Below are positions 10,205 through 19,921 of a stretch of 64,000 nucleotides of DNA, piece after piece. Origin of the DNA: Comamonadaceae bacterium (lineage in GTDB: Bacteria > Pseudomonadota > Gammaproteobacteria > Burkholderiales > Burkholderiaceae_C). The notes beneath the pieces are model-generated. The model ran no database searches and had not been told where the DNA came from. It worked only from the letters and a program-made list of their open reading frames with translations. Both the position numbers and the translations under genes were made by a program. Within the stretch, counting starts at the first letter, position 1; each line of letters begins with the position of its first letter. The stretch is taken from the NCBI GenBank assembly GCA_027490925.1, contig JAIXXF010000045.1, positions 178,116-242,115 of the forward strand, written 5' to 3'.

Positions 10205-11080
10205 TTATTTGTCGCTGGTTGCCCACCCGCACAGCGGGTGAACTTCCATGCTGCTGCACTGCTTGACCAGCCACCCCGGGGGGGTACTGGCCAGAGCTTC
10301 CCGCAAGGCATTTGGCTCGTCCCCGGAGGGCCAGACAGCGAACACCGCGCTGCCGGAGCCTGTCATCCTGCCTTGGAGGCCATGCAGTGCCATCCACTCA
10401 ATGACTTGTTCCACTTCGGCGCACATCGTGCGCGCGATGGGTTGCAAATCGTTGTGGCCAAAACCAAATGGGTTTGCAGCAAAGCCTGAGATTGTAGCAG
10501 TTCCGGTGTTGCGTCGTAACCCGGGACTGGAAAAAATTGCCGGGGTCGAGAGACCCGCTGGTGGCTTGACCACCAGCGTGCCCGCAGCGGGCAAATCGAT
10601 CGGCGTGATGTGCTCGCCAATGCCTTCGACCCAGGCGTTGTGTCCACGCAAGAAAAAAGGCACGTCCGCGCCGAGCGTTTCGCCGATTTGGCACAACGTG
10701 TTCAAGGGCAGGTTCAGGCCCCACAGCCGGTTGAGCGCCAGCAGGCAGGTCGCTGCGTCAGACGAACCGCCTCCCATGCCCGCTTGAGCCGGGATGGATT
10801 TGTGAATGCCGATGTGCACGCCCAGCCCGCACCCAGTGCGGGCTTGCAGCGCTTGGGCTGCGCGCACCGTCAAGTCCACCTGGGGCAGGGGCATGGTGAG
10901 GTCTTCGCGGGTGATCAGCCCATCGGCGCGGCGCTCGAAATGCAGCCGGTCTTGCCAGTCGATCAACATGAACACCGACTGCAGCAAGTGGTAGCCATCG
11001 GCCCGGCGGCCTGTGATGTGCAGAAAAAGATTGAGCTTGGCCGGGGCCGGTACGTCGTACAACGCTTTCATGGCGGTCAA
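10205..11080 (-). CDS. ispE: 4-(cytidine 5'-diphospho)-2-C-methyl-D-erythritol kinase
   Basis: PAKLNLFLHITGRRADGYH and the GHMP kinase motif GMGGGSSDAA. Confidence 0.94.
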   Translation of the reverse strand: MTAMKALYDVPAPAKLNLFLHITGRRADGYHLLQSVFMLIDWQDRLHFERRADGLITREDLTMPLPQVDLTVRAAQALQARTGCGLGVHIGIHKSIPAQAGMGGGSSDAATCLLALNRLWGLNLPLNTLCQIGETLGADVPFFLRGHNAWVEGIGEHITPIDLPAAGTLVVKPPAGLSTPAIFSSPGLRRNTGTATISGFAANPFGFGHNDLQPIARTMCAEVEQVIEWMALHGLQGRMTGSGSAVFAVWPSGDEPNALREALASTPPGWLVKQCSSMEVHPLCGWATSDK

Positions 11081-11095
11081 CTCGAAAGGGTGGAC

Positions 11096-11662
11096 TCAAC
11101 GGTCCAACACGATGCGCAGCTCGGAGGGCTGTGGCGGCCTGGGCTGGCGCGCCACAATCCGGCCTTGCGCGCGCTGGGACAGGTCGGCCGACCAACCAGC
11201 AGATACCGTGCTTTTGCCTTGCAGCCAGTCGAACAGTGCCTGCGCGGGCACAGACGCACCAGTGACGTGCGCGATCATCGCGTCCAGCGATGGGAAGACC
11301 CGACGCTCCCGCGGAGATTGGAGCGACGCGCCAGCCGGGGTCCAGTTCAGCTGCGCCAAGGTGCTGCCCAACGGTGTGCTCAGCGTGAGTTGGCCAGTCT
11401 GCGCGTCACCCGTCAATTCGAACGCGGCGGTGAACGACTGGGGTGTGGGGCCGTCTACCTTCAACGCCAGGCGCCCGCTCCACTGGCGCGGTGGGATTTC
11501 GGCCGTGGCGGCAGGCTCACCGCCCTCTTGGCTACCAAATCGCTCCACTGCCCTTGTGAAGCTTGCACACCCTGCTATCGAAAAAATAGTACACATCAGC
11601 AGCGCCAAAGCCCATCGGCGTGGCGCGGTGGCCGAGTACTGCGGCTCGGCCCGGCCGGTCAC
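11096..11662 (-). CDS. lolB: outer-membrane lipoprotein LolB
   Basis: Lipobox FSIAGC and a LolB-like body (WSGRLALKV...). The proposed GTG start at 11662 overlaps the upstream TPR gene stop (GTGA). The start is uncertain: ATG 11596 is the alternative, and the track ORF runs to 11773. Confidence 0.8.
   Translation of the reverse strand: MTGRAEPQYSATAPRRWALALLMCTIFSIAGCASFTRAVERFGSQEGGEPAATAEIPPRQWSGRLALKVDGPTPQSFTAAFELTGDAQTGQLTLSTPLGSTLAQLNWTPAGASLQSPRERRVFPSLDAMIAHVTGASVPAQALFDWLQGKSTVSAGWSADLSQRAQGRIVARQPRPPQPSELRIVLDR
11574..11590. repeat. AT-rich 17-nt palindromic motif, copy C (GCTATCGAAAAAATAGT)
   Basis: Read directly. It lies in the LolB signal-peptide codons (minus strand). Confidence 0.4.
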
Positions 11663-13395
11663 AGCTTCACTCGCAAGCGCTGCAGCGTTTGTCGCAGGGT
11701 CTCGTTGTCGGCGTTCAACAGCAGACCTTCTCGCCAGATGGCGATGGCCTTGTCTTTCTGGCCCATGGTCCACAACACCTCGCCGAGGTGGGCGGCGATC
11801 TCGGCGTCTGGCTTGGCTTTGTAGGCGCGCTCCAGCACCCGCACCGCCTCGGGGAAGTTGCCCAGCCGGAACTCGACCCAGCCCAGGCTGTCGGTGATGA
11901 ACGGGTCCCCTGGGGTGATTTCCAATGCTTTCCTGATCAGGGTGCGCGCTTCAAACAGCCGAACGTTGCGCTCTGCCAAGGAGTACCCCAGCGCGTTGTA
12001 AGCATGCTGAGATTGCGGCTTGAGCGCGATGACCCGCCGCAACAACCGCTCCATGTCGTCCACCGCGCCGAGCTTTTCTGCCACCAGCGCTTGGTCGTAG
12101 ATCAAGTCGCTGTCGTCCGGGTTGGTTTCCACCGCTTTGCCCAGCAAGTCGTAGGCGAGCTGAAACTGTTTGTGGTCCCTGAGCAGTTGCACTTCGGCCA
12201 AGAGTTTGAGCCGGCCATCGCCTGGGCTGCGCTCGGGCAGGCTGCGGATCATCTGTCGCGCCTCTGGCAACCGGCCTTGCTTGGCCAGGATCGATGCCCG
12301 GCGGCTTTGCGCCGCCATCAAGTCCTGGGTGTTGTCGATGCGGGCCAGCCAGCCTTCGGCCTGCGCAAAGTTGCGGCGCTTCTCAGCGATCTGCGCCATG
12401 CCCAAATACGCCTGAGCCGAGGCCCTGGCGCGCTCTTCAGTAGGCATCTTGTTGGCCAGCGCCAGGAAACGCTGCAGCGAGCGGTCGGCCGCATCGATCA
12501 GGTTGTCTTGCAACTGCAGTGTGCCCAGCACCAGCCAGCCGTCTGGCCGCTCGGGGTGTTGGTTGACCAGCAGCTGGGCTTGTTGTGTGGCTTCGCCAAA
12601 CCGTTGGCTGTCGAGCAACACGCGGGCATAGGCCAGGCGCAGGTCGGGGGAGGTGGCGCCATTGAAGTGGGCCCTGACCAGGTTCTCAGCGGCGGCCACA
12701 CGGGCTTCAAGCAGTTCCAGTGCGAGAAGCACTGGTGCGTCGGCCTTGCGGTCGGCTGCCTGGGCTTTTTGTGCGGCGTCCAAGCTGGCTGTGAGGTCGC
12801 CCGCGGCCAGTTTCATCCGCCCGATGGTGACCCAACTCACCGAGGCCAAGCCCGGCTGTGACAGCGCGGGCGCCAGGGCTTGCTCGACCAGGCTGGCCGC
12901 GAGCGCTTTGTCGCTCACCCGCGCGTAAGTGCGGGGCAGGGCGGTGATGGTCAGCGGCAAGGTGTCAGGCGGTGCGTTGGCGATTTCGGCACGCAGCGAC
13001 TCGGCACTTTCTTCGACCCGGTTCAAGGCCACCAAGATTTGCAGCGTGTAGCGATTCGCTTCGCGCGATTCCGGCTGGGCTTGCTTCCAGGCGCGGGCCG
13101 CCTGCAACGCGGAGTCGCCTGAACGGGCCTGCAGTGCGATGTCCACTGCGCGTTGGTAGAGCTGTGCGTTGTTGGTTTTTCGCGCTGCGTCCAGCATCAG
13201 GGAGAAAGCAGCACCGGGCTCGCCTGAACGGGCGTTGAATTCCCCCAACAGCAATTGGTAAAACAAACGGCCATCCAGACCGGAATCCACCACGGGGGCG
13301 CTTCGCGGTGCCGACGCCATCGGCGCTGTTTGTGCGGTCGCCGCTTGGCAAAACAATCCCAGCGCCAAGCCGCCAAGCCAGATAAGTCGTGTCAT
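11659..13395 (-). CDS. periplasmic tetratricopeptide-repeat protein
   Basis: Signal peptide MTRLIWLGGLALGLFCQAATAQ followed by repeated TPR-like A/L/Y-rich helices. ATG at 13395; the track start at 13443 is GTG. Confidence 0.85.
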   Translation of the reverse strand: MTRLIWLGGLALGLFCQAATAQTAPMASAPRSAPVVDSGLDGRLFYQLLLGEFNARSGEPGAAFSLMLDAARKTNNAQLYQRAVDIALQARSGDSALQAARAWKQAQPESREANRYTLQILVALNRVEESAESLRAEIANAPPDTLPLTITALPRTYARVSDKALAASLVEQALAPALSQPGLASVSWVTIGRMKLAAGDLTASLDAAQKAQAADRKADAPVLLALELLEARVAAAENLVRAHFNGATSPDLRLAYARVLLDSQRFGEATQQAQLLVNQHPERPDGWLVLGTLQLQDNLIDAADRSLQRFLALANKMPTEERARASAQAYLGMAQIAEKRRNFAQAEGWLARIDNTQDLMAAQSRRASILAKQGRLPEARQMIRSLPERSPGDGRLKLLAEVQLLRDHKQFQLAYDLLGKAVETNPDDSDLIYDQALVAEKLGAVDDMERLLRRVIALKPQSQHAYNALGYSLAERNVRLFEARTLIRKALEITPGDPFITDSLGWVEFRLGNFPEAVRVLERAYKAKPDAEIAAHLGEVLWTMGQKDKAIAIWREGLLLNADNETLRQTLQRLRVKL

Positions 13396-13466
13396 TGGCG
13401 GATGATAATTGAAGGCTATTTTCAAACGTCCAGCAGCGGTCACGCCCCGTGCCGCGGCGCCCCCTG

Positions 13467-14288
13467 ATGCCAGAACTCCCCGAAGTCGAAGTCACGCGCC
13501 TCAGCTTTGCGTCCCGCATCGCAGGCGCCGAGGTGGTGTCGGTGCGGATGGGCCTGCCCCTGCGCTGGCCCTTGGGATGCTCCCCCGACGCTTTGGTGGG
13601 GCGGCGCGTGGCGGGTGTCCGGCGGCGTGGCAAGTACCTGCTCGTGGATTTGGTGCAGCCAGGCGGCTTGCTGCTCGTTCACCTGGGCATGTCTGGCAGC
13701 TTGGTCTTCGCCGCTGGGCTGCCAGCGCCAGGTCGGCACGACCACTTTGACTTGCACACGACCGCGGGGCAGCTCCGCCTGCACGACCCGCGCCGATTTG
13801 GCGCGGTGGTATACGCCGCCAGCGAAGCGGACCCTGTGGCGAAAAAGCTGTTGGGTCGCCTGGGCCCCGAGCCACTGACGGATGCGTTTGACTTGGCGGT
13901 GTTCCGCGCAGCTTTGAAAGGCAAACGAACAGCGATCAAGCAAGTGCTGCTGGCGGGCGAGTTGGTGGTGGGGGTGGGCAACATCTACGCGTCGGAGTCG
14001 CTGTTTTTGGCGGGCATCCGACCCACCACCCCTGCGATGCGTCTGACGGGCCCACGCGTGGCCCGCCTGCACGGCGCGATCCGCCAGGTGTTGGCGAACG
14101 CGTTGTCCCAGGGCGGCAGCACCCTGCGCGATTTTTCAAGCGCAGACGGTCAAACAGGTTACTTTCAGCTGACCGCCATGGTGTACGACCGCGCTGGCGA
14201 ACCCTGTCGGGTGTGCACCCAGCCCATCCGCTCGTTGCGGCAAGGCCAGCGGTCCACGTTTTATTGCGCCAGCTGTCAAAAGCCCTGA
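13467..14288 (+). CDS. mutM: formamidopyrimidine-DNA glycosylase (Fpg/MutM)
   Basis: Catalytic N-terminus MPELPEVEV and the C-terminal zinc finger CRVCTQPI...FYCASCQ. Confidence 0.95.
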   Translation: MPELPEVEVTRLSFASRIAGAEVVSVRMGLPLRWPLGCSPDALVGRRVAGVRRRGKYLLVDLVQPGGLLLVHLGMSGSLVFAAGLPAPGRHDHFDLHTTAGQLRLHDPRRFGAVVYAASEADPVAKKLLGRLGPEPLTDAFDLAVFRAALKGKRTAIKQVLLAGELVVGVGNIYASESLFLAGIRPTTPAMRLTGPRVARLHGAIRQVLANALSQGGSTLRDFSSADGQTGYFQLTAMVYDRAGEPCRVCTQPIRSLRQGQRSTFYCASCQKP

Positions 14289-14373
14289 AGCGTGGTGAGC
14301 GACCCCAAGCGGGGCTGGGTAAGGCTGTACGCCGTCGTCCGCCCGCTGAGCATGCGGTGTACATTAAGTTTTA

Positions 14374-16320
14374 ATGAACGCTCTCAGCCACCAAATCAAC
14401 GACCACGCTGCCTGGCGTGGCGATGCGGTTGGACGGTTGGAACGCTTTGGGACATGGTTGCGCGAGCACGCGCTGCTTGACGCAGCGGCACATGCCCGGC
14501 TAGCCGCCGCTTTGGCGCAATTGGCGACAGACAAACTGCACGTCGCCGTTGTCGCTGAGTCTTCTCGCGGCAAGTCTGAACTGATCAACGCAGTGCTGTT
14601 CGCGCCGCACGGCCGCCGCTTGTTGCCCGCCCGGGCTGGGCGCACCACCATGTGCCCCTGTGAGTTGGGACACGATTCCAGTCAGCCACCCCACGTGCGC
14701 TTGCTGCCGATCGAAACCCGTCACCGTGTTCAAGGCGTGGACACACTTCGAGCGGACCCGAGCGAATGGACCACCCTCAACTTGGATGTGGACGACCCCG
14801 AGCAAATGGCGGGGGTGCTGGAAGCGCTGACCGATGTGCGCCATGTCACCACGGATGAAGCCCGTCGGCTCGGGTTTTGGCACGACCACTCGCCCGAAGA
14901 CAACCCGGTGCCCAAAGCCAATGGATTGATTGAAGTGCCGCGATGGCGCCACGCGTTGATCAACCTGCCACACCCATTGCTGTCTCAGGGTTTGGTGATC
15001 TTGGACACCCCCGGCTTGAATGCGACGGGCGCTGAGCCAGAACTCACCATCCATCAGATCCCGCAAGCCCATGTCGTGGTGTTCCTCCTGGCGGCGGACA
15101 CTGGCGTGACGCGTTCCGACATGGCCATTTGGCGGGAACACCTGGCTGTGGACGCGCACCGGCACGACACCCGGATGGTGGTGCTGAACAAAATCGACAC
15201 GCTGTGGGACCCACTGCGCTCGGCGGCCGACATCGAGGCGCAGATCCAGCGCCAGCGTGCTGAATCCGCGGCCACGCTTGGCTTGCCAGAGTCGCGTGTG
15301 CTGGCGCTGTCGGCGCAAAAAGGGTTGTTGGCCAAGGTGCAGGGAGACGCTCGCTTGCTCCACGACAGTCGCCTGGGCACCTTTGAGCAGTTGCTCGGTC
15401 ACACCGCGCTGTCCCACCGGCAGCGCACGCTGTCTACCCTGCTGGACGACACCGTGAATGGGCTGTCTCGCGAGGCGTCGCGCGTGCTGCAAGTGCGGCG
15501 GAGAGACCTCGCCGAGCAACTCATTGAATTCAAAGGGTTGCGCGGCAAAAACGCCCATGTGATCGCCCACATGCGACAGCGTGTGGAAGCGGACCAGGCC
15601 GAGTTTGAGACGGGTCTGCCGCGCGTCCAAGCGGTGCGGGCCATCCACCGGAAGTTGAGACTGTCCATTGCCCAGGCGCTTGATGAACAACAGCTTGAGA
15701 ATGCCCTGGCGCCTCTTGCGCTTGCCTTTGAGGGGCCGGGCCTGAAGCTGGGTCTGAAAAAGGCATATGCGGAATCGATGGTGCAGGTCAGGGCGTGCCT
15801 GGCGTCGTCAGAGCAGTTGCTCGCTGAAATGGGTGCAATGCTCACCGCGTCATTCCGTCAACTCAACGCCGACCATGGTTTTGAACTGGAGTTGCCTCCG
15901 ACGCCCGATCTGCAGTACTTCCACGCCGAACTCGACCGCATGGAGCGGCACCACCTGCACCACCTGGGCGTGACCCAGCTGTTGCGTTTGGCGCAACCCG
16001 GTTTCTCGGCGCGTCTGTTGCACACGTTGACCAGCAGCCTGCGTGGCGTGTTCCAGGGGGCCCAGCGCGAGGCTGCGCTGTGGAGCAAGGGCGCGACCGC
16101 GCAACTCGGCACCCAGATCGCCGAGCGCCGTCGCGGCTTCACCCAGCGGTCAGAAGGCATTGACCGTATCCACGGCGCCGCCGAGAACCTGGAGCAGCGC
16201 TTGCGCGAGTTGTCTGACCAGGAACAAGCGCTTCGCCACACCGACCTTGAGCTGGAGCAATGGGTTGCAGAGTTCCGCGCGGTCGTGCCCGTTCATTTGG
16301 GGTTGTTGCAGGCCGCATGA
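14374..16320 (+). CDS. dynamin-family (bacterial dynamin-like) GTPase
   Basis: G1 VAVVAESSRGKSELINAV, switch-I GRTTMCP, G3 ILDTPGLNA and G4 VLNKID, then about 400 aa of helical, coiled-coil-like sequence. The stop overlaps the mutY start. Confidence 0.85.
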   Translation: MNALSHQINDHAAWRGDAVGRLERFGTWLREHALLDAAAHARLAAALAQLATDKLHVAVVAESSRGKSELINAVLFAPHGRRLLPARAGRTTMCPCELGHDSSQPPHVRLLPIETRHRVQGVDTLRADPSEWTTLNLDVDDPEQMAGVLEALTDVRHVTTDEARRLGFWHDHSPEDNPVPKANGLIEVPRWRHALINLPHPLLSQGLVILDTPGLNATGAEPELTIHQIPQAHVVVFLLAADTGVTRSDMAIWREHLAVDAHRHDTRMVVLNKIDTLWDPLRSAADIEAQIQRQRAESAATLGLPESRVLALSAQKGLLAKVQGDARLLHDSRLGTFEQLLGHTALSHRQRTLSTLLDDTVNGLSREASRVLQVRRRDLAEQLIEFKGLRGKNAHVIAHMRQRVEADQAEFETGLPRVQAVRAIHRKLRLSIAQALDEQQLENALAPLALAFEGPGLKLGLKKAYAESMVQVRACLASSEQLLAEMGAMLTASFRQLNADHGFELELPPTPDLQYFHAELDRMERHHLHHLGVTQLLRLAQPGFSARLLHTLTSSLRGVFQGAQREAALWSKGATAQLGTQIAERRRGFTQRSEGIDRIHGAAENLEQRLRELSDQEQALRHTDLELEQWVAEFRAVVPVHLGLLQAA

Positions 16321-17363
16321 CCGACCGGTTGGATGGCTTCTCGGCCCGGTTGGTGGCGTGGCAGGCCGAACACGGTCGCCACGGTCTGCCCTGGCAACAC
16401 ACCCGCGACCCCTACCGGGTGTGGTTGTCTGAAATCATGCTGCAGCAGACGCAAGTCACCACAGTGCTGGAGTACTACCCCCGTTTTCTCGCGCGGTTTC
16501 CCGGTGTGGCGTCGCTTGCGGCCGCCGATTTGGACGAGGTGCTTGGCTTGTGGAGCGGTCTGGGCTACTACAGCCGCGCCCGCCACCTGCACCGCTGCGC
16601 ACAAACCGTGGTGGCGTCGCATGGTGGGCAGTTTCCCCGCACCGCCGACCTGCTGCAGACCTTGCCAGGGATTGGCCGCTCCACCGCTGCGGCGGTGGCG
16701 TCGTTCTGTTTTGACGAGCGGGTCAGCATCTTCGATGGCAATGTGAAGCGGGTAATGAGCCGACTGCTGGCATTTGGGCAGGACTTGGCGGTGGCAGCCA
16801 ATGAGCGCCGCCTTTGGGCATTGGCCGACACCGCGCTGCCCCCGCCCACCCAAGCGCACACCATGCCCCGGTACACCCAAGGCCTGATGGACTTGGGCGC
16901 CACGGTTTGCACCGCGCGCCGCCCTGCGTGTGACCGGTGCCCAATGGTGCCACTGTGCGGTGCCCACGCCGAAGGCAGGCCCGAGGCCTACCCAGTCAAA
17001 ACCCGCAAGCTCAAGCGCAGCAGCATCACCCACTGGGTGCTGTGGTGCCAACGCAGCGACGGTGCCGTGTGGTTGGTGCAACGCCCGGCTAAAGGCATTT
17101 GGTCGGGCCTGTTTTGCTTGCCCTTGTTCGACGATTTGACCCACTTGCAAGCGGCCGTGCCCGGCGTCGACGGTGCGTCACTGCAGGTTGGTGAGCCTTT
17201 CAAGCACGTGCTGACCCACCGCGACATGCACCTTCACCCGGTCCGCTGCGAATTGGGCAGCGGCGAAGCGCCGCACACACCGGGTGAGTGGGTGCCCCAG
17301 GCCATGTGGCCCAACTTGGGGCTGCCCGCCCCGGTGCGCACCTTGTTGACCGCACGGCGTTGA
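16317..17363 (+). CDS. mutY: A/G-specific adenine glycosylase MutY
   Basis: HhH-GPD motif LPGIGRSTAAAV, the Fe-S loop CTARRPACDRCPMVPLC and a NUDIX-like C-terminal domain. ATG 16317 overlaps the dynamin stop (ATGA). Confidence 0.94.
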   Translation: MTDRLDGFSARLVAWQAEHGRHGLPWQHTRDPYRVWLSEIMLQQTQVTTVLEYYPRFLARFPGVASLAAADLDEVLGLWSGLGYYSRARHLHRCAQTVVASHGGQFPRTADLLQTLPGIGRSTAAAVASFCFDERVSIFDGNVKRVMSRLLAFGQDLAVAANERRLWALADTALPPPTQAHTMPRYTQGLMDLGATVCTARRPACDRCPMVPLCGAHAEGRPEAYPVKTRKLKRSSITHWVLWCQRSDGAVWLVQRPAKGIWSGLFCLPLFDDLTHLQAAVPGVDGASLQVGEPFKHVLTHRDMHLHPVRCELGSGEAPHTPGEWVPQAMWPNLGLPAPVRTLLTARR

Positions 17364-17370
17364 GCCGCGC

Positions 17371-17394
17371 GCTGTCGAGTGCTGTCGAGTGCTG
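17371..17394. repeat. tandem direct repeat, 10-nt unit GCTGTCGAGT x2.4
   Basis: gctgtcgagt gctgtcgagt gctg, read directly in the 42-nt convergent spacer between the mutY and rapZ stops. Confidence 0.9.
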
Positions 17395-17405
17395 CCGCGG
17401 CGCCC

Positions 17406-18278
17406 TCAGCGCAGGGCGTCCAGTTCCCGGTGGCGCTTGAGCGTGGGCCATGCCCCCGCAAAGTGGGCGGCCAATTCCTCCACCAAATACACCGAGCGGT
17501 GCTGACCGCCGGTGCAACCAATGGCCACGGTCACGTAGCTGCGGTGGTTGCTGGCCAGCGCACCCAGCCAGTGTTCCAGGAACCGTTGGATGTGGTCTTG
17601 CATCTGGGCAACGCTGTGTTCTTGTTGCAAGAACGCTTGAACCGCCGCGTCGCGGCCTGTGAGCGCCCGCAGCGACGGTTCGTAGTGGGGGTTGGGCAGC
17701 ATGCGGACATCGAAGACGTAATCCGCGTCGGCTGGCACCCCCCGCTTGAATGCGAAGGACTCGAAGACCAGGGTCAGCTGGGCCGGCGGGGCCGAGATCA
17801 GTGCCTTCACGTACGCTTGCAACTGGGCGCTGCGCAACATGCTGGTGTCCACCACGTGGGACTGTTCCCTGAGGTCCGACAACAGCTCACGCTCAAGTTC
17901 AATCGCTTCAGCCAATGCGCGTTGCTGGTCTGTGGTGCCCTTGCTGGACAGCGGGTGGCGACGCCGGGTTTCCGAGAACCGTTGCACCAGCGTTTGCGTG
18001 CTGGCGTCGAGAAACAGGCGCTTGATGCGCAGGCCCCGTTCATCGAGCAATTGCAACTGGCTGGGCAGCATGGGCAGGGAGGTGGCGCTGCGCACATCGA
18101 TGGCCACCGCGATGTGTTGCGCATGATGCTGCTGTTCCAGCTCGATCAGCGATGTCAGCAGTTCAGGGGGCAGGTTGTCGACGCAGTAGTAGCGGCTGTC
18201 TTCCAGCGCGTTCAGTGCCACCGACTTGCCGGAACCCGACATGCCGGTGATCAACACCACGTCCATTGGCGTCGTCAT
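17406..18278 (-). CDS. rapZ: RNase adapter protein RapZ (YhbJ)
   Basis: Walker [17 protein letters not shown] and the C-terminal [13 protein letters not shown] overlaps the recN stop (ATGA). Confidence 0.93.
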   Translation of the reverse strand: MTTPMDVVLITGMSGSGKSVALNALEDSRYYCVDNLPPELLTSLIELEQQHHAQHIAVAIDVRSATSLPMLPSQLQLLDERGLRIKRLFLDASTQTLVQRFSETRRRHPLSSKGTTDQQRALAEAIELERELLSDLREQSHVVDTSMLRSAQLQAYVKALISAPPAQLTLVFESFAFKRGVPADADYVFDVRMLPNPHYEPSLRALTGRDAAVQAFLQQEHSVAQMQDHIQRFLEHWLGALASNHRSYVTVAIGCTGGQHRSVYLVEELAAHFAGAWPTLKRHRELDALR

Positions 18279-19921
18279 GGGCCGAGCAGTTCACGCGCAT
18301 GGGCCAGCGTGGTGCCAGACAGCCGCTCGCCACCCAGCATACGGGCGATTTCAGCCACCCGTTGCTCACCAGTGACCACTTGAACTTGGCTGGTGGTGGT
18401 GCCGTCTTGTTGTTGTTTGGACACCTGGAGGTGGTGGTCTGCACAGGCCGCCACCTGGGGCAGGTGGGTGACCGCCATGACCTGCCGGTCGGCGCCGAGC
18501 TGCTTCATCAGCCGCCCCACGGTTTCCGCCACGGCGCCGCCAACGCCCGAGTCGACCTCGTCGAAGATCAAGGTGTGCGCAGTGCCCAGCTGGCTCGTGG
18601 TGACCGCGATCGCCAGCGCGATGCGCGACAACTCACCGCCCGAGGCGACCTTGCCGACAGGCCGCGGGCTGCTGCCCGCGTGGCCCGCGACCAAAAACGC
18701 GACCTGGTCGAGGCCATGCGGGCCCGGGGCGTCGTCCTGGCTCAGGGCCACTTCGAAGCGGCCGCCTTGCATGCCCAGGCCCTGCATCGCTTGGGTGACG
18801 GCTTGGGCCAGTTGTGACGCGGCTTTGGCGCGCTTGGCCGACAACACCCGCGCGGCTTTGAGGTACGCGGCTTCGGCCTTGTGCGCGGCTTGGCTGAGGG
18901 CGTCAAGGTCTGTGGCCGCTTCAAGCTTTTGCAGGTCGTGGCGCCATTGTGTCCAGACCGCAGGCAGATCTTCCGGTGTGCGCTTGTAGCGCCGTGCCAA
19001 GGACACCCACAGAGTCAAGCGCTCATCCAGTTGGGCCAGGCGGTCGGGGTCTGGGTCCACACGGCGCAGCCAAGCGTGCAAGGAATGGGCCGCGTCGCCT
19101 GCTTGGGCCAGACTGGAGGTTAAAACCTCTGTCAGCCCTCGAAAATCGGGTTCTAGGTGCTCTTGATTTTGTAGCGATTGGCTGGCGGCGGAGAGCTGGC
19201 GCAAGGCGCCTTGGTCGTCGTCCTCCAGCGCACTCAGTGCTTGTTGCGCCGCCTCAATCAGGGTGTGGGCGTTGGCCAGGCGGTGGTGCTGTGCGTTGAG
19301 ATCGTCCCATTCATCGGCCGCCGGTGCGAGCTTGTCGATTTCGCTGATTTGCCAGGCCAATCGTTCCCGCTCGCTTTGTAACGTGGCCTGGGCGTTTTGC
19401 GCGTCGGCCAGCGCTTGCGCCGCCTGTCGGTGCGCTTGCCACAGTGCCTGCAGCGGGCCGCTGTCGATTTGTGCGTAAGCGTCCAGCAGGTGCCTGACCG
19501 CATCGGGCCGGGTCAGGCTCTGCCACGCGTGTTGGCCGTGGATGTCCACCAGGCGGTCGCCCAAGTCGCGCAGTTGCGTGGCGGTGGCAGCGCTGCCGTT
19601 GACCCAAGCGCGGCTTTTGCCCTGCGCGTCCACTGTGCGCCGCAGCAGCAAAGTGGGCTGGGTGGCATCGAAACCGGCGTCGTCCAACCACGCCGAAAGG
19701 TGCTCCGTGTGGTCGAATTCAACGCTCACCTCGGCCCGCGCGGCGCCTTCGCGCACCACCACCGCGTCGGCCCGCGTGCCCAGCGCGAGTTGCAGCGCGT
19801 CGATCAGGATGGACTTGCCCGCACCGGTTTCTCCGGTCAGCACCGTGAAGCCATTTTCCAGGTCCAACTCCAGCGATCGGACGATGGCGAAATCACGCAG
19901 ACTGATGCGCTTGAGACTCAT
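18275..19921 (-). CDS. recN: DNA repair protein RecN
   Basis: Walker A GETGAGKS, the SMC signature SGGELSR and Walker B FDEVDSG. ATG overlaps the nadK stop. Confidence 0.95.
   Translation of the reverse strand: MSLKRISLRDFAIVRSLELDLENGFTVLTGETGAGKSILIDALQLALGTRADAVVVREGAARAEVSVEFDHTEHLSAWLDDAGFDATQPTLLLRRTVDAQGKSRAWVNGSAATATQLRDLGDRLVDIHGQHAWQSLTRPDAVRHLLDAYAQIDSGPLQALWQAHRQAAQALADAQNAQATLQSERERLAWQISEIDKLAPAADEWDDLNAQHHRLANAHTLIEAAQQALSALEDDDQGALRQLSAASQSLQNQEHLEPDFRGLTEVLTSSLAQAGDAAHSLHAWLRRVDPDPDRLAQLDERLTLWVSLARRYKRTPEDLPAVWTQWRHDLQKLEAATDLDALSQAAHKAEAAYLKAARVLSAKRAKAASQLAQAVTQAMQGLGMQGGRFEVALSQDDAPGPHGLDQVAFLVAGHAGSSPRPVGKVASGGELSRIALAIAVTTSQLGTAHTLIFDEVDSGVGGAVAETVGRLMKQLGADRQVMAVTHLPQVAACADHHLQVSKQQQDGTTTSQVQVVTGEQRVAEIARMLGGERLSGTTLAHARELLGP

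Noticed and set aside
10075-10311. 78-aa minus ORF and other small ORFs over tRNA-Gln
   Set aside because: They overlap a canonical tRNA-Gln gene and the ispE 3' end, and have no coding signature.
17371-17394. 10-nt tandem duplication in the mutY/rapZ convergent spacer, considered as a regulatory or mini-satellite element
   Set aside because: It has only 2.4 copies in a 42-nt spacer and is most simply a replication-slippage duplication. It is listed as a repeat feature, but no function is inferred.
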